Source: Elsinoe ampelina | Taxonomy: Eukaryota | Reading direction: 5' to 3' | DNA length: 64,000 bases | NCBI GenBank assembly: GCA_010093995.1 | Contig: ML992510.1 | Coordinates: forward strand, 75,504 to 139,503 | Shown: one piece after another, positions 49,670-62,100 of the stretch | Numbering within the stretch: position 1 is the first letter of the stretch | Layout: every line of letters starts with the position of its first letter | The notes under the pieces: model-generated | Told to the model about the DNA's origin: nothing | The model's input: the letters and a program-made list of their open reading frames with translations, nothing else | Databases searched by the model: none | Position numbers and translations under genes: made by a program

Positions 49670-52600
49670 TCATTCCTCCACGCCAAACCATGCAAACACG
49701 TTCAGAATGTCCTCTTCATCGTCAGGCTCGGCCACCTGCAAAGGAGTCCTGCCCGCAAGATCCTTACTTTTCGTCAACTCCTCAAGCATACCCATCTCTT
49801 CGACCTTGGCTAGCAAGACCCTCAGAGCCTCCGTCTTGCCATAGGTGGCAGCGACATGCAACACATTCTGCCCATTGTAGTCTTGCTGACCCAGACTGTG
49901 CTTGACTGCATCTCCTTCATGACTCAGAATCGTCTCGATGACGTTGATATGCTGACAAGCAACTGCTGCATGCATACAATATTCGTATGATCCGTAGACG
50001 TGGTGAAGCAGGTCTCCACCTGTTTCAAGCAAGGTCTTGACGATGTTATGGTGGCCTTTGTAGCAGGCATGCCAGAGGGCGCTATCGCTCCGGATCAGCT
50101 TGTTGGGATCTCCTTTCATGGTGTCAGTCTGTTGGAGGTGTCGAACGGTCTTGTCGTGACCCATGACCGTCGCATGATAAAGGGCACGATCCCAAAGAGG
50201 TGATTTCTCCATCGAGTGAAAGCTGTAGTCGCTATAACCTTCCATGATCTCGTCGTCTTCGGCGGACAGCATGAGTTCGGCGGATAACAGCTTTTTGGCC
50301 GTAGCGTCCTCGTCAGTAGAGCAATTTTGGCAGCCAGCATGTCTGATTAGCAACTGCGTGCAGCCTTCCGAGGCGAGCAAGACGAGGAAGTTCCACTCTG
50401 CTTCCAACAATGGACTGTTGAGCTGAGGACCGGGCAGGTGGTAGTCCTTGTAGTGGCTGATCAGACGAGTGGACTTATCCGTACACTTGACAATGTACCT
50501 GGGAAGGTCGACCTCGCCGAGCAGGTCGTCACAGGCCCCTGCATGCTTCATCCAAAAGAAAGTTGCATACTGTCGCAGAGGTGGTGGAGGAACTTTGTCT
50601 TTCAGCAAGTCTGCCTGTAAGACCTTCATGCATAAGTCGAACATGTATCGATGCCCATGGACAGACACGTTCAAGCTCGCGTTCGGATCCAGACCTTTCA
50701 AGCCTGCAAACAACATGTACTCATTGACTGAGGAATGAATGGTGCTGATGGTTGCAAAATCACCGTGCAGGCTGTCTGGATTTGGCTTGATGATCCTCGC
50801 TGGGTGCAGCCGAACGTCGAGTAGACCTTTGGAGGCTGTCCGTACATATGCTGTGAACCTGCTGAGATCCTCAGCGCTGAAATTGTTGTTCGCCAATTCT
50901 GATAAGTCCTGCCCGGCATCTCCCACTAATGTAATAGCAACTTGTATCTGTCTGGCGGTGAGTGGACGGTATGCGAAGAGTACGATGCGGAAGAGTGCTA
51001 GCGCTGCCTGTTTCTGCGACTGGATGTTCATCTGGTCTAGCATATGTTGATATGCACCATCCAAGCTCTCCGGCAACAAGAAGCTCGCCAGAATATCCTC
51101 AGGTACAATCTTTGAGGCTCGACGGACCTTGCTAATTACATGACGGACTGCCAATATTGCCCATAAGAACAGTCGATCAGCTCGCCTACAAATCGCCGTC
51201 GCAAGCTGGTCGAGCGCCTCGGCTGCCAGACGACCAGAGCAGGATGCTCCAAGCTCAAAGCGGATAAAGGCAGCGATATCGCCCTCGTTGTGTTCGTCGA
51301 CGCATATGAGATTCGCATCCCAGAGTCTATCTACAGGCGCAAAGCCGGTTCGACAAGACGTGAACCAGCTGACAGCTGTCCTTACATGGCTCCGTTGTGT
51401 CAATGAGTGTATGAAATTAAGCACGGAGTCCATGTCGTAGCCATGCTCGATTTCACATGCATCGATCCCGTCAAGAAAAATCCAGACATGCCGGCCGAGC
51501 GAAGCACAGGCTGTGAGAGCTTCTTCCAATTGACTCTGTAGGAAGAGGCAAGTCCATTTCGAATACCCATTGCTACACTGAGACAATATATCTCTTGGCA
51601 GTTCATCCACAGCTTGCACAAGCTGATGCAGCAATGTCCGATACATCCCTGTCGGGGTCCCCACAAGATTGGTGCCGGCTGTAGCTCCGCGCTGGTGGAA
51701 GAAGAATTTGAGTACGATATCCGATTCAGCCATGTCAGGGATGTGGTTCATAGCTTCTTTAGTCAACACTGATTTGCCAGAGCCGACTTTTCCACTAAGC
51801 AGCAAGATTGGTGGCAAGGCTTCCGATGTCCTGATTGTCCAATCCCGGAACTCCTTCGACGCAAAGAGCCACTGTCCGGCGCCCTGGAAGTGTGGCATGG
51901 TAACGCTGTCGTAGCCCAAGCCCATGTCATCGAAGTACAGTTCTGCGAGAGCAAGGTCGCCTAATTTTGACTCTTAGAACTGGTGGGACCTTGGAGAGTT
52001 TAAGACTTACGAGCAGATTTCTCTGGCTGATTGTAAGTGTTATATGTGACGTTGGCATGGTCTCCAAATGTGAAATTTTGAATCAAATCGGCTACCTGCG
52101 ATGGCGATGTCCTCTGAAGTGGCCCATCTCCATGCCCTCCATCGGTTTGTGTTGCAGTTTCAATCAAGGGTACCCGGCAGAGCAGTTCCTTAGCATAAGC
52201 GGCGGCGACAGCCGCTGCATAAGGTTGCCACTGTTTGTTCTTGTGCGAGTCCGCGTAGTCGCTAATGCCACGGACGACCAGAGAAGGAAGTGAGTTCATG
52301 AGACCGGCTGCCTCCATCTCGAAGCACAAAACTCCGGTCTCTTGACGTAGGCGTTCTCGTTGCCTCGCATCCTTGACAACCTGGTTGCCAGATCCGATCA
52401 GACCATAATGGATTACAGATACGGTCGACTCGCGGATTGGACGAGTGACAAGGCGTGATATATCACAGCTTTGGCAGTTCGTTGTTTCCATTGGATTCGC
52501 ATGGTCGTACTCAATTTCATATAGTCTGTCGGCTGTAGAACGAGTACACGCAGCTGCCCATTTAGGGTACTTGGCGAAGCAGTCCTCGAGCAGGCTCGGA

Positions 52601-53079
52601 AAGCGTGGTTCATCATACAAGTGTTCGGCCTCCAGATCGTTGAGGGTGGAAAGAACCTCTTCCGGGGGTCGATTGAGGTGCCCTATCCGCCGGAACACGG
52701 ATCCTACCTCGACCCTGCCAAAGTCATACTGGATCACGCCAGGATGGTCGTTGTATGGTTTGCTCACGACAATGTCACCGAGACGGATATCGTTGCTGTC
52801 GCTAGGTACGCCCCCGCCAATACCGACCATGAGTGCGAAACGGAGAGACGGGAATGCACTCTTCATGTTCGTGACAACAACCGCCGCCGACGTGACACCA
52901 TACGATGGCAGACCGACCACAGCAACATTGTGCTGACCTATCTTGCCAAGGGTGTATTTGTTGCTGTCGGTCTTGCTGTTGACCAAGTCTGGATGTTTCT
53001 CATCGAGAAGACAAACGACTGCCGTCCTCTCGATGGGTAAGGCGCATATCCATGCGACGGTGTAATCCTCGCGTTGCAT
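49670..53079 (-). CDS. Fungal NLR: PNP_UDP - NACHT - ankyrin repeats (~1119 aa)
   Basis: A 50-nt intron at 51961-52010 (GTAAGT..TTAG) joins the two ORFs in frame. PNP motifs WICALPIE, FEMEAAG and RGISDYADSHKNK; Walker A GKVGSGKS; ankyrin-like ALWHACYKGH, NVLHVAATYG and GRTPLQVA. Confidence 0.92.
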
Positions 53080-53561
53080 CCAGGAAGTGGATCGTGATCG
53101 TCTCCTGTAGCTGGCCTACCTGTATGAAATTCTTGTTGGAATTAGAGCGCATCTGTGCAGATTTTCGCGCTGCCGACCCCTGCTGGCGGCCTTCAGCTGA
53201 AGCAGATGAGCTGCTGCATATGGAAATTGTCCGGTGTGCTGAAATAGCAGTGGGGTTGGGCCTGACCAGAGCTGACCAATCAGAATTCTAGCTCGGCTTA
53301 GAAGCTCGTTTTAGCCAGAAGACGGCATCACGCCTACTTATCGTGGCGTCCGACAGCTTGGACTTCTTGTTGATCTGGAATCTATCTACTTCGCACTAAT
53401 TCTTCAGCTGAGCGGATCATTGAGAAGTGCGCTTCCGTAGTGAAAGATAAGTAGGCAGGCAGTGCCATGCAGCAGTGATGCTCAACACTCACATTGCGTT
53501 GACTCTTTGCCTTGATAGATAGGCTTCACAACCTCATCTCATTTAGTAACCCACTGCAATC

Positions 53562-54706
53562 ATGCGCAATCTCATTTACATCGCTGGTGTGTTGTCCATG
53601 CTGACAGCTCCTGGTAGCTGCCAGTCCTGTAACGGCCTGAAGCGAGACATTGAAGGTTGCCCCGAAGTCATTGGGACTGTGGCGCAAGAGGTGGCACAGG
53701 AGAACTACTGTTTGAGGAAGGACAATCCGCTGAGCAGTTTTTTGAGCTGTGCTGCCGACAAGAATGGGAAGAACGTCAATCTTTGTCGGAACACTGACGA
53801 TGGCAACCGAAATTCCAATGAAGACTATCTTTACCAGGCAGGCACCTGCGCCAGACCCGCCTATACAACCCAGCCAAAGACCCTCTTGCTCGAATCTATC
53901 ACCCAGTCGTCAAGTAACATCTGTGGTGTAGAGTGGTACATCAAGAATTGCCCCGAAAACGATCCGAGATATCTGGAATGCTTGTGTCAAGGTTTGGTTC
54001 AGCAGCATTTCTTGTGCATGGCAAAACCATTTTTGAGAAGCCCGAGGCAGCTTCCCACTTGCAGGCAATGGGTCAGAGCAAAGAGAGCGACCACAACAAG
54101 CCAGGTAAGTCCAAATATCTCGATCTTTCACACAATTGCTGATGCATGAGCTAGCCAAGTCTGCTTGCAAGACAAACAAACGGATATTCCTACGATCAAG
54201 AGTTATCGGACGACGACTACGATGCTTATTACGGCGACTACGATGAGGACGCTGATTACTCCGCTCCAGAAGTGCCCTACATCCAGGAGTACTTCCCACC
54301 GCAGACAGTGCGATTGTGTCAGCCCAAAGCAAACGACTTAGGTAAGCTGCTGTGCCAGAACCGCACCGCAACGACGGCGGCAGACCGACAGCTACCAAAC
54401 TACTCGGATCTTCTGGACTACTATCCAAAGGGTATCGAGTACCAGAGGAATCTCATCGAGGACAATGCCAGCAGCACCACCTCGACCGGAACACAAGCTG
54501 CAGCCACACCAACTAGCACCTCTGGAACCGCAACCACTTCCGCTACTGGCGCAGGATCATCAGGATCAAGCTCTTCGTCATCTTCCCCTTCGTCGGCGGC
54601 AGGTGCTGCATCGTCAAGTCTGCAGGGTCATGGCCTTGTATCTTCGGTCGGCATATCAACGATGAGCTTACTTCTCGCCGTGATCGGTAGTCTAGTCATC
54701 ATGTAG
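53562..54706 (+). CDS. Cys-rich secreted, probably GPI-anchored surface protein (~364 aa)
   Basis: Signal peptide, many Cys, in-frame intron 54105-54154, Asp/Tyr-rich tract, S/T-rich stalk and C-terminal hydrophobic tail. Confidence 0.8.
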
Positions 54707-55548
54707 TGCGACACGAACGAGCGCTGCATACATCATTTGCCTGAGTGCCATGAGTCTCGGCATTACTGCGTGCTTGTACTTGATATGTTCTGGCCAAGTG
54801 CCAAGATCGTGAGGCCCAAAACACAATCACAAGCTTGAGCTCTAGGGTTTTGGTGGTCTTTGACCCTCGTGATTGGCGGAGTCATTTCCCCGTGGAGAAC
54901 ATTAGTCACAATCTGAAAAGATCATTGATCTCCGATCAGTCGTTCGCGCACAGTGGAACCAACGCTTGGCCATGGTCGCAACGGCTTTCCAATGACATCG
55001 AATGTGCAAACATCTCGCCGTACTGGCCAACCGGTGCCATTTACAACGACAGCAGAGAACAAGCTTTCAATCGTCCGTCAGTCGGCAGATGAGGATGACG
55101 GCGAGTAAGAGCCTTCAGAGATCGACTGATTTGGTTGATAGCACTATGGTTCGCAGAGGTTTCGTCCATCGTCTTTGATGGCACTTGGGGCTATGGAGTA
55201 CTATTGACACTCTCGCTCAAGGACGAAAAGCGAGGGGGCGAATTCGACGACCCCGAACGGCCTAAGTAACCTCTGATGGACGAGGTGCATGGCAAAGGCA
55301 TTGGTAATTGCCGCCTCGGAGCATCCCGTCTTCCCGGGCAACCCGACGTTTCCAGCTAGCCGTTGAAACGTGTGATGCCACGCTCTCACTATCGAACTTA
55401 GTGGGCTAACTTACAGCCTGTACTCGAATGCTCTGGTATCTTTCATCCCGTCGCAGAACGGCTTGACCAATATACATGGTGAAGATGTAAGTCAACTCTC
55501 TCCTTCTTCGTTTCTGTTCCCATCCTTTCTTTGACCTTGACGTGAAAT

Positions 55549-56672
55549 ATGGCGGCCGCAACTGGACTCGGTCATACCATCCTAGGCATACTGTGGATGC
55601 TGGTGGCAATAGGCACTCTTCTCGTCGGGTTACGCACATACCTCGTCATCCAATCCAGGAAATTTCGGTGGGACTTTGTCTGGATTACCTTGGCTCTCAT
55701 CTCTGCCATCGTTGCGGCGGCTTTCATTCAAGTTGGAGTGAACTCCGGTCTAGGCGCTCACGTCGCACGCCTTCGATTCAGTCAGATCTGGGATGTGTTC
55801 TTTTGGTTCTATCTCACGATTTACGCTGGCACAATCAGCATTGGCTTCAGCAAGTTTGCTGTGATCGCATTACTTCTTGATGTCTACAAAGGCTCCCGTG
55901 TGGCAAAGCGGCGATACGCACTCTGGGCAATCGGCGCCGTGTTTGGAGTCACCACAGTCCTTGAGATATTCTTGACAGCTTTCCAGTGCAATCCGCTCCA
56001 CAAATTATGGAACCTGACAGCGGACGGTGTCTGTCCCTTGGCAACGGCTGGCAAAGCCATCAGCTATGTACATGCTGGTCAGTAGTTAGAGTGTCACCAC
56101 ATCCTCCGTCGCTTACTCTAGCAGGTACTGGTGCAGTGACTGACATTATGCTCGCTCTCTGGCCCATCGGAATTGTCTGGAACCTCAACACTTCACGCTA
56201 CATGAAGGTCAGCATATGTCTACTTATGGGTCTTGGTATCATTCCAGGAATCGCCGCCTTGATCCGAGTATGGCTGTTGGTCAGGCTTCACAGCTCCAGC
56301 GATCCAACCTGTAAGTTCCCACTAGTCGACCTGATAGCGCCACTGACCTCGTTCGAGATGAATCTGGACTCTTCATCTTATCAGCTGCCGTGGAAGCCGG
56401 TCTCCTTATCATCGTTGCTTGCATCCCACCCCTTCGACCACTGTTCAGACAGGCAATCAGAGGAACGACGATCACATCCACTCACATGACAGGTCCAGTG
56501 ACAGCTCGCTCGAACCGTCAGAATACGATCAAGAGCCATCACGGAGATGGTCTAGTGGAGGAAGATAAGGAGGCACCTATCATTATGGAGCACAGTCAGG
56601 TTGTGACCACCAAGGATGGTCAGTCTTTGGATCTTCATCCACATCCGCTGATGAGTTCTAGGCATGATGTGA
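55549..56672 (+). CDS. PTH11-like (fungal rhodopsin-domain) integral membrane protein, no CFEM
   Basis: LRTY..FRWDF, GLGAH, SKFAVIALL, FQCNP..LWN..G.C, TDIMLALWP and VEAGLLIIVACIPPLRPLF. Introns at 56078-56124, 56311-56357 (or -56384) and probably 56619-56661. Without the last intron the ORF runs to 56917. Confidence 0.88.
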
Positions 56673-57778
56673 CCACGATGAAGATCACAGAACGACTGCG
56701 CAGGTGTAAGGGGAGGAGGACTTCTTTGTACATGTTTAATTTTCCACTACTGCATACTGTCCTCGACACACGCGATGCCCCGAAGTTTGAGCGATTCTAT
56801 CCCCATTCTGGTTCCCGAAGTCCGAATGATTTACTGCGGCGGGCAACGGATGCCTTGGATCGGTCAACAGCGAGATCAGGGACATTGATGCTAGGATCAT
56901 ATGAGCCTAAGACATGACTGAAAGCAGATACGGCCACAGACAGTTGAAAGCAAGGCATCCCGTCAGATCTGCCATATTTAAGCAACTGATCGCCTGATTA
57001 GTAATGCGGTGGGTGACCACGTGTGAATCCCAGGTGCTGTATCTTTTGCTTTTGCTCTCGTCGTTTTGCTCCCATCGTAATTCATGTTGAACGTGTTTCT
57101 GAAGGGTGATTTTCATTGTATGAAAGGAATACTTGATGGTCAGGTGGTGAGCCTGTGCTGGCTCTGGTGAAGCGTGGGAGGGCTGATCCCCGCGCATCTG
57201 GAATCCTTCCCCTGTATTTCTACACACAATCTGTCGACGCCGTAAGTTATGTATACTATTCGTCCGTCATTAGTAATCCAGCGCCTTCCTTCACGATCAC
57301 GCCTTACCCAAGATAGGTCGTGGTAAAGTCGATCCGACCTTCTGCGTGTGCGCTCCATCAGGCACAGTGTGAAACCCTCAGGGACGATTCCTGCCGAAGC
57401 TTACCAGGACGCTTCCACAAAGCTTCTTCTACAGCCTCGTTGACGACAATGTATCACAAATCACCACCACACCCTCACCGATAGGGCTGAATGCGCATGT
57501 AAGCGCTTGACGTGTAATATCTGCCTCACGCGCTCGTGCTAGGATCTGGATTCAGTCTCGCCGGCTGAGGCGCCAAACTCACGCTCTCGGCTGCAGTGCT
57601 GACGGCCCACCTGTCCGCGACTGCAAGTTGATAAACGAAGCCTTTCAGGCGTGCTTGAGAAGAGCGATATCATTTCACATCGTTTATCGCCAGTCTATTT
57701 CCGTAATCCACAAAACCTGTCATCTTCGGTTTGCTTTCCCTTTCCCATTTCCGGAACAGCACTCAACACCCAATCACA

Positions 57779-58165
57779 ATGTCCGTCGAGAACCACACCA
57801 TAGACAACCCCAAAACAGCACCATGGGGCCTCCGCATCACCGAAGCCGACTACCACAAGATGGCGGGCGGCTTCGAAGCAGAACAAATGGAGCAGCAATG
57901 GGAGGTCGTCACGGAGAAGCTGGACGGGGGCCGGCTCGTCGTTCACATCGCTCGTAGCTGGACCAAGGAAGATTTCTACATCCTCACGGTCGCTGCTGAG
58001 AAGGAGGGCGGGAGTGCTGTCGTTGAGAAGCTCACTTGGGAGAATAAGCCGGGGCACAACACGAGTGAGGAGCAGGGTAAGGAGGAGGCGGTGGAACTTG
58101 TTAGGGGATTGCTGGGGTGTGATCTTGATGGGTATCCGGGTGGGTGGAGGCCGGCGAAGAAGTGA
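57779..58165 (+). CDS. Small conserved hypothetical protein (128 aa; GF...ME..W / RSWT motif family)
   Basis: ACAATG start, coding-like composition, motifs GGFEAEQMEQQW and HIARSWT. Confidence 0.75.
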   Translation: MSVENHTIDNPKTAPWGLRITEADYHKMAGGFEAEQMEQQWEVVTEKLDGGRLVVHIARSWTKEDFYILTVAAEKEGGSAVVEKLTWENKPGHNTSEEQGKEEAVELVRGLLGCDLDGYPGGWRPAKK

Positions 58166-59119
58166 CCGTGGAATTGGCAGTATCTCCAGTAGACGAAGCA
58201 GACGTGGTACCCAAGAACTGTGTACTTTTGGGGACATTCCGTTCCACAGACGTCTTCAATTGTGGGAGACTGTGACAAGAGCGCAGAGCCTGGTGATCAA
58301 TGTGTATGTGTGCTTTCCGCCCTCTCATCAAACTTTGCCACTCCGTGAGCCAAGCTAGATAGATACCCTCAAATGCTTGATCAAGGTCGTCCGGCGACTT
58401 GGTCCCACTTCCTACAGCTGACCGATCCGTATGAACAAATGAGCAAAGCGAGATATGCCTATTTCCGGCATGGGCTGAGGAGCGTCCAATGTGCAACACT
58501 GTGTAAGGATCGTACAAGGATAGCCTTAGTGCCATGTATAGAGGATCCACCTGGTCGCAAGAGATCCGAGGGCGGAAACAATCAATTGCATTACCCGCAG
58601 GTCTCTCAGTTCGCCTGTGGATTAGCCTACCTCGACTATCATATTGTCGGTGGTAAGGCAAGCGGAAGCATTGACTCAGACCCTGGAAATGCACTGGCTT
58701 GGTTCGCTTACTAAGCCAAGCAATCATTACTTTCGTACCCGGTCTTTGACTCGTTACCTTAGACCTCCAGCATCAAAAAATCGTGGCAATTATCTATCAA
58801 ATTGGCACCTTGTTTTTAGCTGAACAAGCACGCAGAGTGACGTCGCTCTCTGCAAGATGCATACCGTCAATTTGTGTCGTCCAATCAGCAGAGCCCACGT
58901 ACTGCGCGGGCGGTAACCAGGGTCTCTCAGCTGAAGCAACTCAGCCGCAATTGCCTTTTGTCATGGGCATTCGCTGTCGCAATCTTCTGTCCTTGTCACC
59001 TGTATCCGGTGCGTGGATGAAGTTCATTCTCGAGGGACGGTCATGCTCTAGCACCTCGTGATATTCAGTCCTTGACGGGCAAGACGCTACTTGATACAAT
59101 GAGGTCGAAGTAACCAGCC

Positions 59120-62100
59120 ATGTCGGAGCGCATGCGAGTCGATTCCTTGAGAGTCAGAAGTGAAGGCGAGGAAAGCTCTCACAAGCGATCACGGTCCGGC
59201 TCTTTCGACCCTGAATCAGAGACCCAGGAATGCGACGATGAACCCTCAGTATCACGGCCTAAAATCAAAAGCAGCTTCCGGAATGACGACACTGGGAATT
59301 CCTCGACTCCCAAGGTCGGCCGCCATGCTCCGCATGAATACCAAGTTGGTTGGATATGCGCCCTGCCTGTTGAGCTTGCCGCAGCGAAGACAATGCTGGA
59401 TGAAGTCCACGAACCGCTCGAGGATCAAGAGGTCAACGACCACAACACTTATGCTCTTGGACGTATTGGAAGCCATAATATAGTCATCGCCTGCCTTTCG
59501 GCCGGACGATACGGCACTGTCTCAGCTGCTACTGTTGCGAAAGATATGGTTCGCACCTTTTCCACTTCTTTACGCATTGGTCTCATGGTCGGCATTGGTG
59601 GGGGCATCCCCTCCCCAACTAATGACATACGGCTAGGCGACATCGTAGTGAGTCAACCAACAGGTACCTATGGCGGGCTAGTACAGTACGATTTTGGCAA
59701 GGTGACGGCAGGTGGTCATCTCGAGCGCACAGGCTCACTGAACTCGCCGCCTCAACCATTACTGACAGCCTTAGCCCATTTAGAGGCCGCCCACTTGACT
59801 GACGATCCGAAATTCGTTCGCTATATGCAGCAAAGCATCACTCGCAATGCGCGGACAACTAAAACCTTCAAGATGCCGCCGCGCAACACCGATCGTCTAT
59901 TCAAGCCGCAATACCCGCATCCCAAAGACGCTGACGCATGTACCGATTGCCTAGATAGCTGGACCACGACAAGGGAGACTCGGGAGTCCTTGGAGCCGAA
60001 TGTGTTCTATGGCACAATTGCTTCGGCAAACGTTCTGATGAAGGACGCACCAAGCAGAGATCTCATAGGCAAACAACTTGGAGCTCTCTGTTGTGAAATG
60101 GAGGCAGCTGGTCTGATGCAAGAGTTTCCGTGTCTGGTCATACGGGGCATCTGCGACTATGCCGATTCCCACAAAAATAAGGATTGGCAGGGATATGCAG
60201 CTTTAGCCGCCGCCGCATATGCGAAAGAACTTCTGGGCTTCATCCCTGTGAAGCTATCGAATCAGCGATTGGTCTCGGATATATGTGGTAAGCGCCACGG
60301 GTAGTCAATCTCTCTGCAGCTGATTATCAGAACAGGTGATGTTCGTGATGGTTCGCAGCCCTAAATATCACATTGAAGGAGACACAGAAACAACGATGGC
60401 AGATGCATGAAGAAGATATATCGAGAGCGTGGGACGATGAGGCGGTCAAATGCCATCAGGCGTTCAAGACATCCGACTATAATCAATTCAAAGACATTAA
60501 TCCCTTCCGAGAAGAAGGGACTTGCCAATGGGCTCTTCGGCATTCTTCATTCAGATCGTGGGTTAACGATGAGGAGTCTGGAGTTCTCTGGATATCTGCA
60601 GATCCTGGATGTGGGAAATCTGTTCTTTCGCGCTCCTTGGTCGACCACGATCTCGGGGCTTCCTTTGATTCGCACATCACTGTTTGTCACTATTTCTTCA
60701 AGGACAGCCCACAGCAGAACATGCTTGGGCCTGCCTTCACCGCCGTAATCCACCAAGTGCTCAGTCAGCAGCCTGAGCTGATCGAGCATTGTATGCCTGC
60801 TTGGCGTAAGAATGGTTCGAGCTTGATGGCCGAGTCGAAATCACTCTGGAATCTGCTAGTCCGGAGTTGCGCGGAAAATGCAAAGGAGCCCGTGGTCTGC
60901 GTCCTCGACGCGCTGGACGAATGTTCTTCTCGGGAACGCGAGTTGCTGATCCGGAGACTGTCATCCTTCCAAAAAGGCGACTTCGGCGACTTACGGACCA
61001 AGAAGTTGAAGTTCCTCGTTACCAGTCGTCCATATGCGGACATTAACAACGAATTCCGACGGCTGGTAGATGCATTTCCAAACATTCATCTCAATGGGGA
61101 CTACGAAAGTGACTCGATATGTCAAGAGATCGACATCGTATTGCGCAGCAGGGTAGAACAGCTAGCCCGGGACGTGGATCTTACTGACTCGGAACGAGCT
61201 ATCATACTGGAACGTTTGCAAAGTGTTCAAAACCGGACATACCTATGGCTGCATTTGACGCTGAACAGCTTGCGCGAGCAGCTCTTAAGGAGATTACAAC
61301 CCGGAAGAGTCGATTTCGTCATGGTACCGAGTTCTGTTCAAGAAGCATACGAGCGCATGCTCAGCAAAGTCGAGAAACAACATGTTGATATAGTACGCCA
61401 AATCTTCGCAATTATGCTTGGCGCGGAACGAGCCATCTCTGTCGTTGAGATGGGGGCTCTGATCGGTCTATCCCTGTCAGACGAAGCTGAGAGATCAACA
61501 TCCTGTTTTATTAGTGAGGACTGGCTTGGGAAGAATATTCGAAGCTGGTGCGGCTTGTTCGTCTTTATCAATAATGGCTTCCTCTACTTGGTACACCAGA
61601 CAGCGAAGGAATTCTTGCTCACAATGGGACAGCCGAGGAATCTCGGCTGGAAGGCCTGCATATCCGAAGCCTATGCGAACCAGATCTTGACTAGAGTTCT
61701 CGTCCGCCTGCTCTTGTGTGAGGATCCGCAGGATTTGTTGCCTACAGAGTTGGAAGACCATCATTTCCATATGGCAAAGTTTCTAAGGGACAACACCGAC
61801 TACCCACTCCTTCGGCTATTCTTGTACGCATCCTGGATGTGGATCAAACACTGTAGAGCGGCACAGACCCAGCCTGTTAATCAACTGATGCTAGAGGCCA
61901 AGTCCCTGTACGATACAGATCGGATCGCAAACAGGCTGTGGTCAAGAGAATTCATCATCAATTGCGTACGTCATAGTGAAGCGGCCAACGTCTCGCGATC
62001 ACGATTCCCGGACCGGTGCCCTGTTCTTCACCTAGTGGCTGTCAGTGGGCAACATCAACTCATGGGAAATTTCCCAGGCCCGTGTGTCGACGTTGGATTG

